DNA from: a virus
Lineage: Duplodnaviria; Heunggongvirae; Uroviricota; Caudoviricetes
Length of the DNA: 64,000 nt
Virus record (IMG/VR): IMGVR_UViG_3300042322_000140
Location: 64,228-128,227 of that record
Strand: one strand, 5' to 3'
Part shown: piece by piece, positions 40,101-48,930 of the stretch
How the letters are laid out: every line of letters begins with the position of its first letter
Numbering within the stretch: the stretch's first letter is position 1
The notes under the pieces: model-generated
What the model saw: the letters and a program-made list of their open reading frames with translations, nothing else
What the model was told of the DNA's origin: nothing
Databases searched by the model: none
Made by a program: the position numbers and the translations under genes

Positions 40101-40317
40101 GGATAACTTACTTCTCAACATAACAGATGTTAATGATTTTCTGTTAGACGACACAAGATGCTCTAAAGAGCAGAAAGAAGAGATTATTAGTACTCTATGG
40201 GGTATCAATCAAGTAAGGGGCAGAAAGTGGGTTTTTAGCCACGATTGGAAAGAGTACATCATTGATGAGTACAACGAGCATAACGACTTCATAAAAACCT
40301 ATACATTTAAAGTATGA
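40093..40317 (+). CDS. hypothetical protein
   Basis: 74 aa. Confidence 0.4.
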   Translation: MNKDNLLLNITDVNDFLLDDTRCSKEQKEEIISTLWGINQVRGRKWVFSHDWKEYIIDEYNEHNDFIKTYTFKV

Positions 40318-40517
40318 ATACAAGAAAAACAAAATTAGTAGAGATAGATATTACCCTAAATACTGGGTTTAATATGTTTTTGAACCCAAATGTAGTAACT
40401 CTAAGATTTGACAAAAAAGTTTTAGACAGTACTCCAAGTAGAGAGGTTAAGTTAGGGCTAGAGACCACGCATAAAACTAGCATGGCAAAGTCAGCAAAAA
40501 ACAAAAATAAAAAGTAA
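40314..40517 (+). CDS. hypothetical basic protein
   Basis: 67 aa, lysine-rich C-terminus. Confidence 0.4.
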   Translation: MNTRKTKLVEIDITLNTGFNMFLNPNVVTLRFDKKVLDSTPSREVKLGLETTHKTSMAKSAKNKNKK

Positions 40518-40520
40518 GAT

Positions 40521-40751
40521 ATGGCAGATACATTTTTAATAAATAATATAGCAGCAAGTATTGTAAGTGAAACGGCTACAATCACAGGGAAAGCTTCTCT
40601 AAGCCCCAATAAGATGAAAATTCAAATGGACGGAACTCAACTTGAGGACTTTACAAAGGGTATTGCAAATCAAGAGATACAATCACAAGCAAACATTGAC
40701 TTTATAAAAGGGTTAGTGTTAGAGGTGTTGGCAGAACAAAATTTGATATAG
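40521..40751 (+). CDS. hypothetical protein
   Basis: 76 aa. Confidence 0.4.
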   Translation: MADTFLINNIAASIVSETATITGKASLSPNKMKIQMDGTQLEDFTKGIANQEIQSQANIDFIKGLVLEVLAEQNLI

Positions 40752-40887
40752 TATGATAGCATGGTTAATTTTGTTAATATTGGCAATGTATTGGTTAAAT
40801 AGTTTAAAAAGATTTTAGTATGCCCTTAATAGTAGTAGTAATAATAGTGTTTATTTATATATATTCAAACACATCAAGATAAATGAT

Positions 40888-41121
40888 ATGAAAACAATAA
40901 TCCACGTAAATCAACATGTAATTCGATCAAATAGTAAGAATGGAGAAGAAAAGCCGGTGCTTACTTGTAAGACTTACAAAGAAAACAAATATGCCAAGGA
41001 AGTAGAAATACTAGATGTTGAGGGGAGAGTTGTAGCAAAAGTTATTTATAGCCCAAACAAGCCCCTATCATGTGGGGCTAAAGTTTGGATAGAGACAGAA
41101 AACAAAGTAAATATAATATAA
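40888..41121 (+). CDS. hypothetical protein
   Basis: 77 aa. Confidence 0.4.
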   Translation: MKTIIHVNQHVIRSNSKNGEEKPVLTCKTYKENKYAKEVEILDVEGRVVAKVIYSPNKPLSCGAKVWIETENKVNII

Positions 41122-41278
41122 TCTCCAAATTCAGTTGAAATCCTTACAAACCTTGTAATGTTGGTCGTTGTTATGTTCGTGTCGCTGTACTTTGAATTTA
41201 GGAGAGAAAATCATAATGGTACAAATAACAATATAGGTGACAATCTGGAAAGACAGATTTAATTTTAAATTAACTAAT

Positions 41279-41860
41279 ATGAAACTAATAAGAGATTTTA
41301 AATATTTTATACGAGAGTTTGATTTTTTAAGAGCTTATAACTCTCCGTTCAAAGCACCAAAATTAAGGTGGTATTGCGGAAAGATAGCTTTAGGCACACC
41401 TTACTTCTACCCTAGAAAGTGGGTAAAATTCACTCCACAAGATGCTGTTGATAAAGCTACAGAGTATGTTAATGATGATAAGCATATTAAAAAGTCTTTT
41501 GAAGAGTGGTACGCTAGTTTTTTAAATTACAGAAAAGCGGTTCCTAGAAAGATAGGCTTTGACTTTGTGCCTCTAGGTTGGAAGACAAAGTACGATAGTT
41601 ATAGATTTGAGTGGTCTCCAAGAATAAGTTTTGTATTTATTAAATGGCAGATAGCAGTCACATTTGTAGCAGAACACTCAGACCAATATTGGGAGAGTTG
41701 GCTATACTACACAAGAGAAACTGACAAGACTAAGCCTACAAAAGATAGGATTGCACAATGCAGAAAAGAGGCACGACAAACTTGGACTACTCATCACTCA
41801 GATGGGACAAAAGAAACAACAAACTACTACAATAAAATATTAAAACGTAAGTGGTTGTAG
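41279..41860 (+). CDS. hypothetical protein
   Basis: Start re-set to the motif ATG (ttttAAATTAACTAATATG). Trp/Tyr-rich, 193 aa. Confidence 0.45.
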   Translation: MKLIRDFKYFIREFDFLRAYNSPFKAPKLRWYCGKIALGTPYFYPRKWVKFTPQDAVDKATEYVNDDKHIKKSFEEWYASFLNYRKAVPRKIGFDFVPLGWKTKYDSYRFEWSPRISFVFIKWQIAVTFVAEHSDQYWESWLYYTRETDKTKPTKDRIAQCRKEARQTWTTHHSDGTKETTNYYNKILKRKWL

Positions 41861-41934
41861 ATAAAAAATAATTTAAAAAAATGTTGTATGATTAAAAAAT
41901 TAATCTTACCTTTGCAAAAAATATTAGTAAAACT

Positions 41935-42297
41935 ATGAAACTATTTAAAAAAGAATTAGTACTAACTCAACAAGAAGAGGGTATAGTAAATGTAATTAAG
42001 AGCATGACTTTTAGGAAAGATTGCCTTATTGAAATAAACCCCGAAACTATGGACTATTTACTATCCATAGAGGACTTGCAGTATTTTATATTGATAGATT
42101 CAGAGGGTGTACAAATATCAAACCATAGCTTTTTTATAACACGAAGATTAAGGTCTAATGTTGTAGATAGTATAAAGAGTATAGTAAAAGCTGAAACCTC
42201 TGCTAGAAGACAATTAAAAGCAGATAGTATTTTTAACAACGAACTAGAATTATTAACAAAAATAAATAAAGCAATAAATAATGGCAGAAGTAAATAG
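41935..42297 (+). CDS. hypothetical protein
   Basis: 120 aa, after the promoter TAccTTTGcaaaaaa. Confidence 0.45.
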   Translation: MKLFKKELVLTQQEEGIVNVIKSMTFRKDCLIEINPETMDYLLSIEDLQYFILIDSEGVQISNHSFFITRRLRSNVVDSIKSIVKAETSARRQLKADSIFNNELELLTKINKAINNGRSK

Positions 42298-42775
42298 TGT
42301 GCTTAAAGTATCTGACTTAGTAAAGTTCAGCGAGAAAGATTACCTAGAGACAAAGAAAACTCTAGCTGTAATGGACGAAATGGTTCGAGAGTATGTAAAA
42401 GGCACAGAGAGCCTAGATGCACTAGAAGACCTAAAGAGAAGATTTAATGGTTACTTAGTTTACCTAGCCGGTTATTATAGTAAGGTTAGATGCTTTCGTG
42501 AGAACTTCGAGTTCTTGGAGGCACAGAGAAAGCGTATAAAGAGTGAGGCGATAGAGGACTTAATAAGACATAGTGAAGAGAAAATCTCTCAATCTGCTGC
42601 TGAAAAAGTAGTATATTCACACCCTTATTACATTGAGCGTATTACCTTGTTAGAGCAGTTGAAACGTTTCTTCTACCTAGTGGACTTATCTTATCAAAAC
42701 TATCAAGATGTACAAAGAAGTATCTATCAATCAATCTCTGTCTTAGCAAAAGAAAGGCACTCAACAATATCGTAG
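42281..42775 (+). CDS. hypothetical protein
   Basis: 164 aa. Confidence 0.5.
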   Translation: MAEVNSVLKVSDLVKFSEKDYLETKKTLAVMDEMVREYVKGTESLDALEDLKRRFNGYLVYLAGYYSKVRCFRENFEFLEAQRKRIKSEAIEDLIRHSEEKISQSAAEKVVYSHPYYIERITLLEQLKRFFYLVDLSYQNYQDVQRSIYQSISVLAKERHSTIS

Positions 42776-42776
42776 T

Positions 42777-43205
42777 ATGGGAAGTGTAATAGATTTTATA
42801 GAATGTCCACGATGTAAAAGCGAAGATTGTTTCGATGATTACTACTACAAAACCGGAGAAGAGTATATAAGCTGTCCGGATTGTGGCTATAATAGGTCTT
42901 CTTTTATCAAAAGAGATGATGAGGGTAATATGTTTAAAATAGATGAAGATAAAGACTTTGCTATTGATAATGTAGTAAGAGAAGAAACTTTGTTAGAAGA
43001 GCCTTATTGTGCCTTTATGATAAGGTACGAGGATGGTGTAGGTTCGGGGGGAGCGATCCCAACAAAAGAGGAGTATGATATTTTTGTATCAGATATTGTG
43101 TCAATTACAAATCAGCCAGACCACAAAATGGAAGAGGTAACAATCAGTAGGTTTGTTGATGGGGAGATTAAGAAAGAAACAATTTGGGGACAGACAAAAA
43201 AATAA
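42777..43205 (+). CDS. zinc-ribbon protein
   Basis: CPRCKSEDC...CPDCGYN pairs of CxxC. Confidence 0.5.
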   Translation: MGSVIDFIECPRCKSEDCFDDYYYKTGEEYISCPDCGYNRSSFIKRDDEGNMFKIDEDKDFAIDNVVREETLLEEPYCAFMIRYEDGVGSGGAIPTKEEYDIFVSDIVSITNQPDHKMEEVTISRFVDGEIKKETIWGQTKK

Positions 43206-43208
43206 GCT

Positions 43209-43571
43209 ATGACTTTAGAAAGACAATATAATAATTTCTTACACGAAAACCCAAACTCAAAGTTTTCGTTTAATGAATGGAAAGAGTGGCATGGTAATCA
43301 AATCAAGCAACAATTAGTTAGTATGATGAGAGCAGATGAAGAGTTAGGTCTATATGAGGAAGTACATGAAGATAACACTGAGAAGTGGAGAAATAACCCA
43401 TTACTTATTGATGAAATGGGGCAATATAATTTTCCAAGACGTAGAATGTATAGTGAAGAAGAGTTTAAAGAGTTAGTATATCACATGGTTGGTGCATTAG
43501 CTAACGCTAATAATATGACATTTAACGGAGCTATACTTGATGAATTTTTTAACAAATTTAAAAAGAAATAA
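43209..43571 (+). CDS. hypothetical protein
   Basis: 120 aa. Confidence 0.45.
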   Translation: MTLERQYNNFLHENPNSKFSFNEWKEWHGNQIKQQLVSMMRADEELGLYEEVHEDNTEKWRNNPLLIDEMGQYNFPRRRMYSEEEFKELVYHMVGALANANNMTFNGAILDEFFNKFKKK

Positions 43572-43717
43572 GATTATGAAAGTAGTTTATATGGAACAGA
43601 CACTAAAGATGATTGCTAAATTAGAAGGTGTTGCAGAGGCAAAAAAGTTAGAGGCAGAAGGAGAGATAAAGTATGTAGGAGATACTCCTTATTTATTAAT
43701 TATAAAAGAATAGTAGT

Positions 43718-43984
43718 ATGATACTAGTAGATGGAAGACATGAGTACGATTACTCTTTAGAAGATGATAACGTACATATATTAAGATATTCTGATAACGG
43801 CTCTTGGACATACCCTAAAGAGGTAGCTATGCAAGTTACAGACGATGGTAATGGACTAATAATAAAGCTCAGTGAAAAAGGAAGGATTGATTACTCAGAG
43901 GCAGAGATGTTACTGATACTTTTAAAATTAATTAATACAGAAAAAACTACTTACGAGGTAGTAACACAAAAAGAAAAACTATGA
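43718..43984 (+). CDS. hypothetical protein
   Basis: 88 aa. Confidence 0.4.
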   Translation: MILVDGRHEYDYSLEDDNVHILRYSDNGSWTYPKEVAMQVTDDGNGLIIKLSEKGRIDYSEAEMLLILLKLINTEKTTYEVVTQKEKL

Positions 43985-44364
43985 AAAAGATTTTAATAGC
44001 ATTATTATTAGTACTTGCAGTATCAACCGGATACTCACAGACACAATTTAGAGAAATTTATTCTCAAACAGCCTTGGTGGACAAAGATAATAAATTAACA
44101 AGAAAGGTTGGAGAAAATATCTTTATATTTAATTATGGAAGTGAGCCAGTAATCAAACTTTACATGTATGATGGAAGTGTCAGAATGTTCGATCAAATAA
44201 CAGACAGACAGTATGGTAAGACAGTGGGGGGGATGACATTCCACTACGCTAGATATGAAGAGAGGTCACAACATTTTACTGTAACCGTACAACTATTTGA
44301 TGATAAACAATATGGAGTTAGGCTAGTATTTACAGATGGTCAAACAATTCAGTTTATACATTAG
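43981..44364 (+). CDS. secreted protein (signal peptide)
   Basis: N-terminal MKKILIALLLVLAVSTGYSQ signal peptide. Confidence 0.5.
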   Translation: MKKILIALLLVLAVSTGYSQTQFREIYSQTALVDKDNKLTRKVGENIFIFNYGSEPVIKLYMYDGSVRMFDQITDRQYGKTVGGMTFHYARYEERSQHFTVTVQLFDDKQYGVRLVFTDGQTIQFIH

Positions 44365-44440
44365 TAAAAAATATTAAAAAAATATTGCAAGATTAAAAAA
44401 TAAGTTATATCTTTGCAGAGAATTTAAAAACAAATAAAAT

Positions 44441-44620
44441 ATGACAATAGAAAAAAAGATTTTAGAAGAAAAAAAAGAGTTTGCTATGGATTTTGGAGAT
44501 TGGTTACAATCTATGTGTAAGGATGTAGGAAATGGTAATTGGGAATACAGGATGGATAAAGAATTATATTCTACTTATGAAATAATAGATATTTTTTTAG
44601 AGGGAAGAGAGAACATTTAA
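44441..44620 (+). CDS. hypothetical small protein (59 aa)
   Basis: Follows the promoter TAtcTTTGcagag and the leader TTTAAAAACAAATAAAATATG. The same leader is duplicated before the next gene. Confidence 0.3.
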   Translation: MTIEKKILEEKKEFAMDFGDWLQSMCKDVGNGNWEYRMDKELYSTYEIIDIFLEGRENI

Positions 44621-44633
44621 AAACAAATAAAAT

Positions 44634-45725
44634 ATGAAATTATTAAGAGACATCCCTACTAAACATTTTGTAGGCATTGACATTGAAACAGTCCGTATTG
44701 TAGAAAAGTATGAAGACTTATCTCCGGAGTGGCAATCAGCATGGGAGTACAAGAACAAGCAATCGGGAGAGGTACCTTTCTTCGAGGAGTTAGCAGACTC
44801 TTGGGAAAAGACATCATCTTTGTATGCGGAGTTCAGTAAAGTTTGTGCTGTGAGTATTGTATTTATGATCGGGGAAGACAAAGCTAAGTACAAAGAGTTC
44901 TATGGAGAAGACGAGGCAGTATTACTTACAGACCTTAGAAATTTCTTACAAAGAATGTCAGATGGTGCCGATGGTAAAAACTACAGATTGTTAGGGCATG
45001 CCGCTAAGTATTTTGATTACCCTTTCTTATGCAAAAGATTTGTAATCAACAGCATTCAAATACCGGTATTGTTAGATACAGCACACCAAAAACCTTGGGA
45101 GAGCAGAAACATGTGTACTAACCAAGACATTTGGAAGATGGGTGGCTCTGGTGCCGGTAGTTCATTACAAGCGTTGTGTACTGCACTTAACATACCTATC
45201 AGTAAGGTAGACTTAGTAGGGGATGAAGTAGGTAGTGCTTATTACAGAGGAGAGGTAGAAAGAATTGCTCAGTATTGTACATTAGATACGATAGCTACTT
45301 TCAATGTAGTTCGTAGAATCAAGGGAGAAAAAGTATTTCAGTTTGATGAAGTTACTCCGGTAAAAGAAAGCACTCAGAAAGAAGAGTTAAAGTTAGTACC
45401 TAAGAAATCGACTATTGCTAAAGCAGTAAACAAAGTAGAAGTACCTAAGAAAGTTGAGGCTGTTGATACAAGAGAGCCGGAAGATGTACTTTTTGAGAAA
45501 CTGCCAATATTACATAAGTTAGTAAACGCAACAGAAATTCTACCGGAGACTAGACAAGAACTTACAGAGTTGTTAAAGAAGAAAAAGATGACTAAGAAAG
45601 ACAGAGTTATTGTAGAAGACATCTTAGTTAATTTGTATATCAATACAGAGATGTTCAAGTCAGATACATTAATACTACAAGAAGTAAAAAAAGCAGAAAT
45701 TCAAGAACTATTAAATAAGATATAA
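44634..45725 (+). CDS. DEDD-family (DnaQ-like) 3'-5' exonuclease
   Basis: Exo I VGIDIETV; Exo II LLGHAAKYFDYPFL; Exo III-like YCTLDT. Confidence 0.6.
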   Translation: MKLLRDIPTKHFVGIDIETVRIVEKYEDLSPEWQSAWEYKNKQSGEVPFFEELADSWEKTSSLYAEFSKVCAVSIVFMIGEDKAKYKEFYGEDEAVLLTDLRNFLQRMSDGADGKNYRLLGHAAKYFDYPFLCKRFVINSIQIPVLLDTAHQKPWESRNMCTNQDIWKMGGSGAGSSLQALCTALNIPISKVDLVGDEVGSAYYRGEVERIAQYCTLDTIATFNVVRRIKGEKVFQFDEVTPVKESTQKEELKLVPKKSTIAKAVNKVEVPKKVEAVDTREPEDVLFEKLPILHKLVNATEILPETRQELTELLKKKKMTKKDRVIVEDILVNLYINTEMFKSDTLILQEVKKAEIQELLNKI

Positions 45726-46405
45726 TGTTAGACTTACCAAAAGTATATGAGAATGAAGGGGGTAAATACCCCCAACATGTTGGGAAACCAAAACTTAGTT
45801 ATTCTGCTTACAACTCCTTTAATGAGGAAGCATACAAAGGGGAGTTTTTTGCTAACTACTTCTTAGGAATCCGAGGAGAGGGTAACATCTTTACAGACTT
45901 TGGTGGAAAGTGTGGGGTATTGTTTGAAACAGACTCTGAGACCTCCGATCTTTCTGATTCTGATGTAGAGGTTATCAAAGGTGTAGAGAGACCTGCAAAT
46001 GCTTTGTATGAGGTTGAGATAGTAGTAGACAGAGGTACATATGTTATCCAAGGGTTTATAGATAGAGAATACCTAGATGTTGAGGGTAATCTTGTTATTG
46101 ATGATTTAAAGACCGGTGCTATAAAAAGCAAGAAGGCTTTCTACGGAGGCGATGAGTACCAACAGACAACTTTGTATGCTTATCAGAGAGAATTAGAGGG
46201 GGAGCATATTGCTTATTCGGGAGTTATTTTGTTAGATAGAAAAGGTAATGGTCAAGAAAAGCATCCACTAAGATTAACCGGAGAAATTGAGCGTATACCT
46301 ACACCTTATTCTAAGAAAAGAGCAGAGGCTTTCCTGAAGTCTTTTGACAAGACTGCAAAAAAGATTGAGGAGTACCATAAAGTTTATAAAAAATATTTTG
46401 CGTAA
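45725..46405 (+). CDS. PD-(D/E)xK nuclease (RecB/Cas4-like exonuclease domain)
   Basis: IDDLKTG (D...D-x-K) and QQTTLYAY (QxxxY) motifs. Confidence 0.55.
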   Translation: MLDLPKVYENEGGKYPQHVGKPKLSYSAYNSFNEEAYKGEFFANYFLGIRGEGNIFTDFGGKCGVLFETDSETSDLSDSDVEVIKGVERPANALYEVEIVVDRGTYVIQGFIDREYLDVEGNLVIDDLKTGAIKSKKAFYGGDEYQQTTLYAYQRELEGEHIAYSGVILLDRKGNGQEKHPLRLTGEIERIPTPYSKKRAEAFLKSFDKTAKKIEEYHKVYKKYFA

Positions 46406-46642
46406 TACTTGCGAGATTAAAATATAGGTTGTATCTTTGCAGAAGAAATAATAACACATAGAAAGACAAACAAGTAATTAGATGTAGAGGTATGAGTACA
46501 CAGAGACTCTCTAGTTACAACACTACAAGAAGTGTTATGTTTGTTGAGTATGATAAGGATAGAAATAATCCCAATAGTAGATGTCTCTTTGAAGAATCCG
46601 TTTGGTGTAAATACTAAACTATCTTTATCCCAATCTTGATGG

Positions 46643-46825
46643 ATGTGTTATTTTAATAAATTAAAAAGTATGGTAAATAAAGTAGCAGGAGTAATTCTCC
46701 TAGTTTTCGGATGGTTATTCGGAACATTTTGGATTTTTAATCACATCAATGCTTGGGCTGGAATTGCAGTTGGTGTGTTAGGTTTAATAATTTCAGCAAA
46801 TCAAATTAGTAAAAAATTAAAGTAA
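46643..46825 (+). CDS. 2-TM small membrane protein (holin-like candidate)
   Basis: 60 aa, two hydrophobic helices, charged C-terminal SKKLK. Confidence 0.4.
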   Translation: MCYFNKLKSMVNKVAGVILLVFGWLFGTFWIFNHINAWAGIAVGVLGLIISANQISKKLK

Positions 46826-46830
46826 GAAAA

Positions 46831-47643
46831 ATGAAAAAAGTTTTAGCAGTATTTTTAGTGTTAGTAGTAGCAGTGGGTTTTACCTCTTGCGAAAGAGTTG
46901 CTCCAAACTATTATGGAGTGTTGATGGAAAATTATGGTAAGGATGGCAAGGATGACTATTCTAAACAACAAGGTAGAGTATCTACAATTTCTCCGGGGAC
47001 AGAGTTATTTCAAGTACCGGCATGGGAACAACGTGGTAAGTTTACTAATGATGAGGGACAAGACAGAACTTTACAAGTAAAAGCAGCAGATAACACAGCC
47101 TTTACATCTAAGCCGTTATATTCATATAAAGTAATTCAAACTAAAGTTGTAGATGTAGTATTCCAAAATTCTAGGTTAGGTTCTGGAGATGATTTTATGA
47201 ATGCCTTACAAGACAATGTATTGGAGCCAAGAATCTATGATATTATAAAAGAAGCATCAAGAAGTTATACAACAGAGCAATTAATGGCTAATGGTGGTTC
47301 ATTAAGATTTGAGCAATACGTTCAAGATATAGTTACAAAAGAGTTTGAGAAAGCCGGTTTAGAATTAATTAGTTTCAGTTTAAACTTAGACTTCTCTAAT
47401 AAAGTAAAAGCTAAGATTGACTCAAGAAACGAGGTAAATACAAATATCTCTGTTTTGGATCAGCAAATTGCAGAACAAAGAAAACGTAATGAATTGGAAG
47501 TTTTAAGAACTGAGCAAAATAAAATTAGAAGTGCCGGTATTACTCCACAAATATTACAAGAACAAGCAATTCGTAAGTGGAATGGTCATTTACCAACTAC
47601 TTATGCAGGAGGTGGCTTACCATTTGTTAAGGCAGTAAACTAA
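46831..47643 (+). CDS. lipoprotein, possibly SPFH/band-7-like
   Basis: Signal peptide with lipobox VGFTSC. The C-terminal region resembles SPFH domains, tentatively. Confidence 0.45.
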   Translation: MKKVLAVFLVLVVAVGFTSCERVAPNYYGVLMENYGKDGKDDYSKQQGRVSTISPGTELFQVPAWEQRGKFTNDEGQDRTLQVKAADNTAFTSKPLYSYKVIQTKVVDVVFQNSRLGSGDDFMNALQDNVLEPRIYDIIKEASRSYTTEQLMANGGSLRFEQYVQDIVTKEFEKAGLELISFSLNLDFSNKVKAKIDSRNEVNTNISVLDQQIAEQRKRNELEVLRTEQNKIRSAGITPQILQEQAIRKWNGHLPTTYAGGGLPFVKAVN

Positions 47644-48181
47644 TAAAAAATAACCTGTACCCCCGAAAAACTCGTATTTAAAGATAAGCAGGTTAGCTCT
47701 TATATAAAGGGGTATTAGAATAAGAGCAAAGGTGGTGTACCCAACCCGAAATGGGTGCTATTGGTCTCTGAAGAAAAGGGAACGCTTGTGAGTGGCAGTA
47801 CATAACTCTCAAAAATAGCTAAGCTGTGTAAAGCACCAGATCTGATAAACTGTGTGAAGCTATGGGTTAAACATTGAATACCTTTGTAAGAGAACCGTTA
47901 TCTGCACCTTTTAGGTAGTAGAGAGCATACGTCATACTTCCATAAAGATACTATCAGTAATGGTAGATGTGTTGTTCCCTTGAGAAAGGAATGGTTAATA
48001 AAGAGATTAGACTTAATTGTTTGCTATCTACAACACAAATGAGTTCTCAGCAAGTAGTTATGAGATTCGAGCCTGCAAAGTTCTTTGAAGTAACTATGTG
48101 ACCCTACTCTTGGTCCGGCTACGTAAGCTGATGCCGCTTACATGAAAGAGGGTGCTAAATTTTAATTAAAATAAATATAAA

Positions 48182-48355
48182 ATGAAAAAGATTTTCTTTT
48201 TAATGGCTATTATTTTAGCCTTTAGCGTAACAAGTTGTAAACAAGCTAGTGAAGTAAATTCAGATGCAACAACAGATTCAACAGCAGTTCAAGTTGATTC
48301 AAATGGTGTAGACACAACAAGTGTTGATACTACTGCTTTAGATACAGTTAAATAG
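48182..48355 (+). CDS. small Thr/Ser/Asp-rich lipoprotein (57 aa) embedded in the RNA island
   Basis: MKKIFFLMAIILAFSVTSC lipoprotein signal. Below the ORF-track cutoff. Confidence 0.35.
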   Translation: MKKIFFLMAIILAFSVTSCKQASEVNSDATTDSTAVQVDSNGVDTTSVDTTALDTVK

Positions 48356-48529
48356 TATTTAAGGATCGAGGCTTCTTCCTTTGAATGAAGCTACGCTACC
48401 GAAATGATAAGTGCCCTCACACGAGGGATTTTTAAAGAATGTTTTGGGTATGTTGGAAGGGGAAACAAGCACTGTGATCAGTGTGGCATAGAGTTGAGAG
48501 TCCGGATGTCAAAACTCTTTTAAGTCCTT

Positions 48530-48554
48530 GAGGGTTCGAGTCCCTCTACCTAAT
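48530..48554 (+). other. orphan tRNA-like T-arm plus 3' acceptor module
   Basis: GAGGG-TTCGAGT-CCCTC followed by TACCTAA. No 5' partner was found at tRNA spacing. Confidence 0.3.
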
Positions 48555-48590
48555 CGAAATAGTTTGTTGATGTATTATTGAATTTTGTTT

Positions 48591-48856
48591 GGACGGGAGT
48601 TCGATTCTCCCCACCTCCACAAGAGTTTCCTTGAACTATAAACAAGGTGGTGGAGTCGCTGAGAAATCAGAGACCTAACAGTTTGAGGGAGCGTTCTGTT
48701 TAAAAACGTAACAATAGGGGGTGACTGGTTTTGACAGCAATCTAGTAGGTAGTAAGTAGAACTAATTTCAAATTTAAACGACAACGTTTACCAACTTGGT
48801 GGGGTGCAAAGAATTGCAGCTTAACCACGCCTAGGGAGAGCGACATCTCCCTAACT
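48591..48856 (+). ncRNA. candidate circularly permuted (two-piece) tmRNA-like gene
   Basis: Acceptor piece: 48591 GGAC, GGGAG-TTCGATT-CTCCC (T-arm), CACCTCC-A (3' acceptor strand, 48612-48619). Coding piece: 48717 GGGGGTG-A-CTGGTTTTGAC-AGC, which matches the tmRNA 5' consensus GGGGnUGAnnnnGGnUUCGAC. GGGGGTG pairs with CACCTCC (6 Watson-Crick pairs plus one G·U). Tag-like frame ...AAC GAC AAC GTT TAC ... ATT GCA GCT TAA (N-D-N-V-Y...I-A-A-stop, ending at 48824). Then hairpin TAGGGAGA-gcgaca-TCTCCCTA (48832-48853). The tRNA-Met 5' end at 48857 would define the 3' end. Confidence 0.4.
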
Positions 48857-48930
48857 GGTCCTATAGCTCATTCGGTTAGAGCAACTGACTCATAATCAGT
48901 AGGTGCTTGGTTCGATTCCAAGTGGGACCA
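48857..48930 (+). tRNA. tRNA-Met: tRNA-Met(CAU) (elongator or Ile-lysidine type)
   Basis: The full cloverleaf was folded by hand. Acceptor GGTCCTA/TGGGACC (one G·U). U8 A9. D-stem GCTC/GAGC. Anticodon stem ACTGA/TCAGT with loop CT-CAT-AA. Variable loop AGGTG. T-arm CTTGG-TTCGATT-CCAAG. Discriminator A. CCA is not encoded. Confidence 0.9.

Noticed and set aside
47911-48553. TTAGGTA at 47911 as the distant 5' acceptor partner of the orphan T-arm module at 48530, which would imply a tRNA with an intron of about 600 nt or a second tmRNA.
   Set aside because: There is no D-arm or tmRNA 5' consensus after 47911. A 7-mer match within 1 kb is expected by chance at the percent level.
48220-48619. Conventional one-piece tmRNA ending at 48619.
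   Set aside because: No GG(A/G)GGTG-type 5' acceptor with the A-N-GG-UUCGAC signature lies 300-400 nt upstream. The only matching 5' end is downstream at 48717, hence the permuted interpretation.
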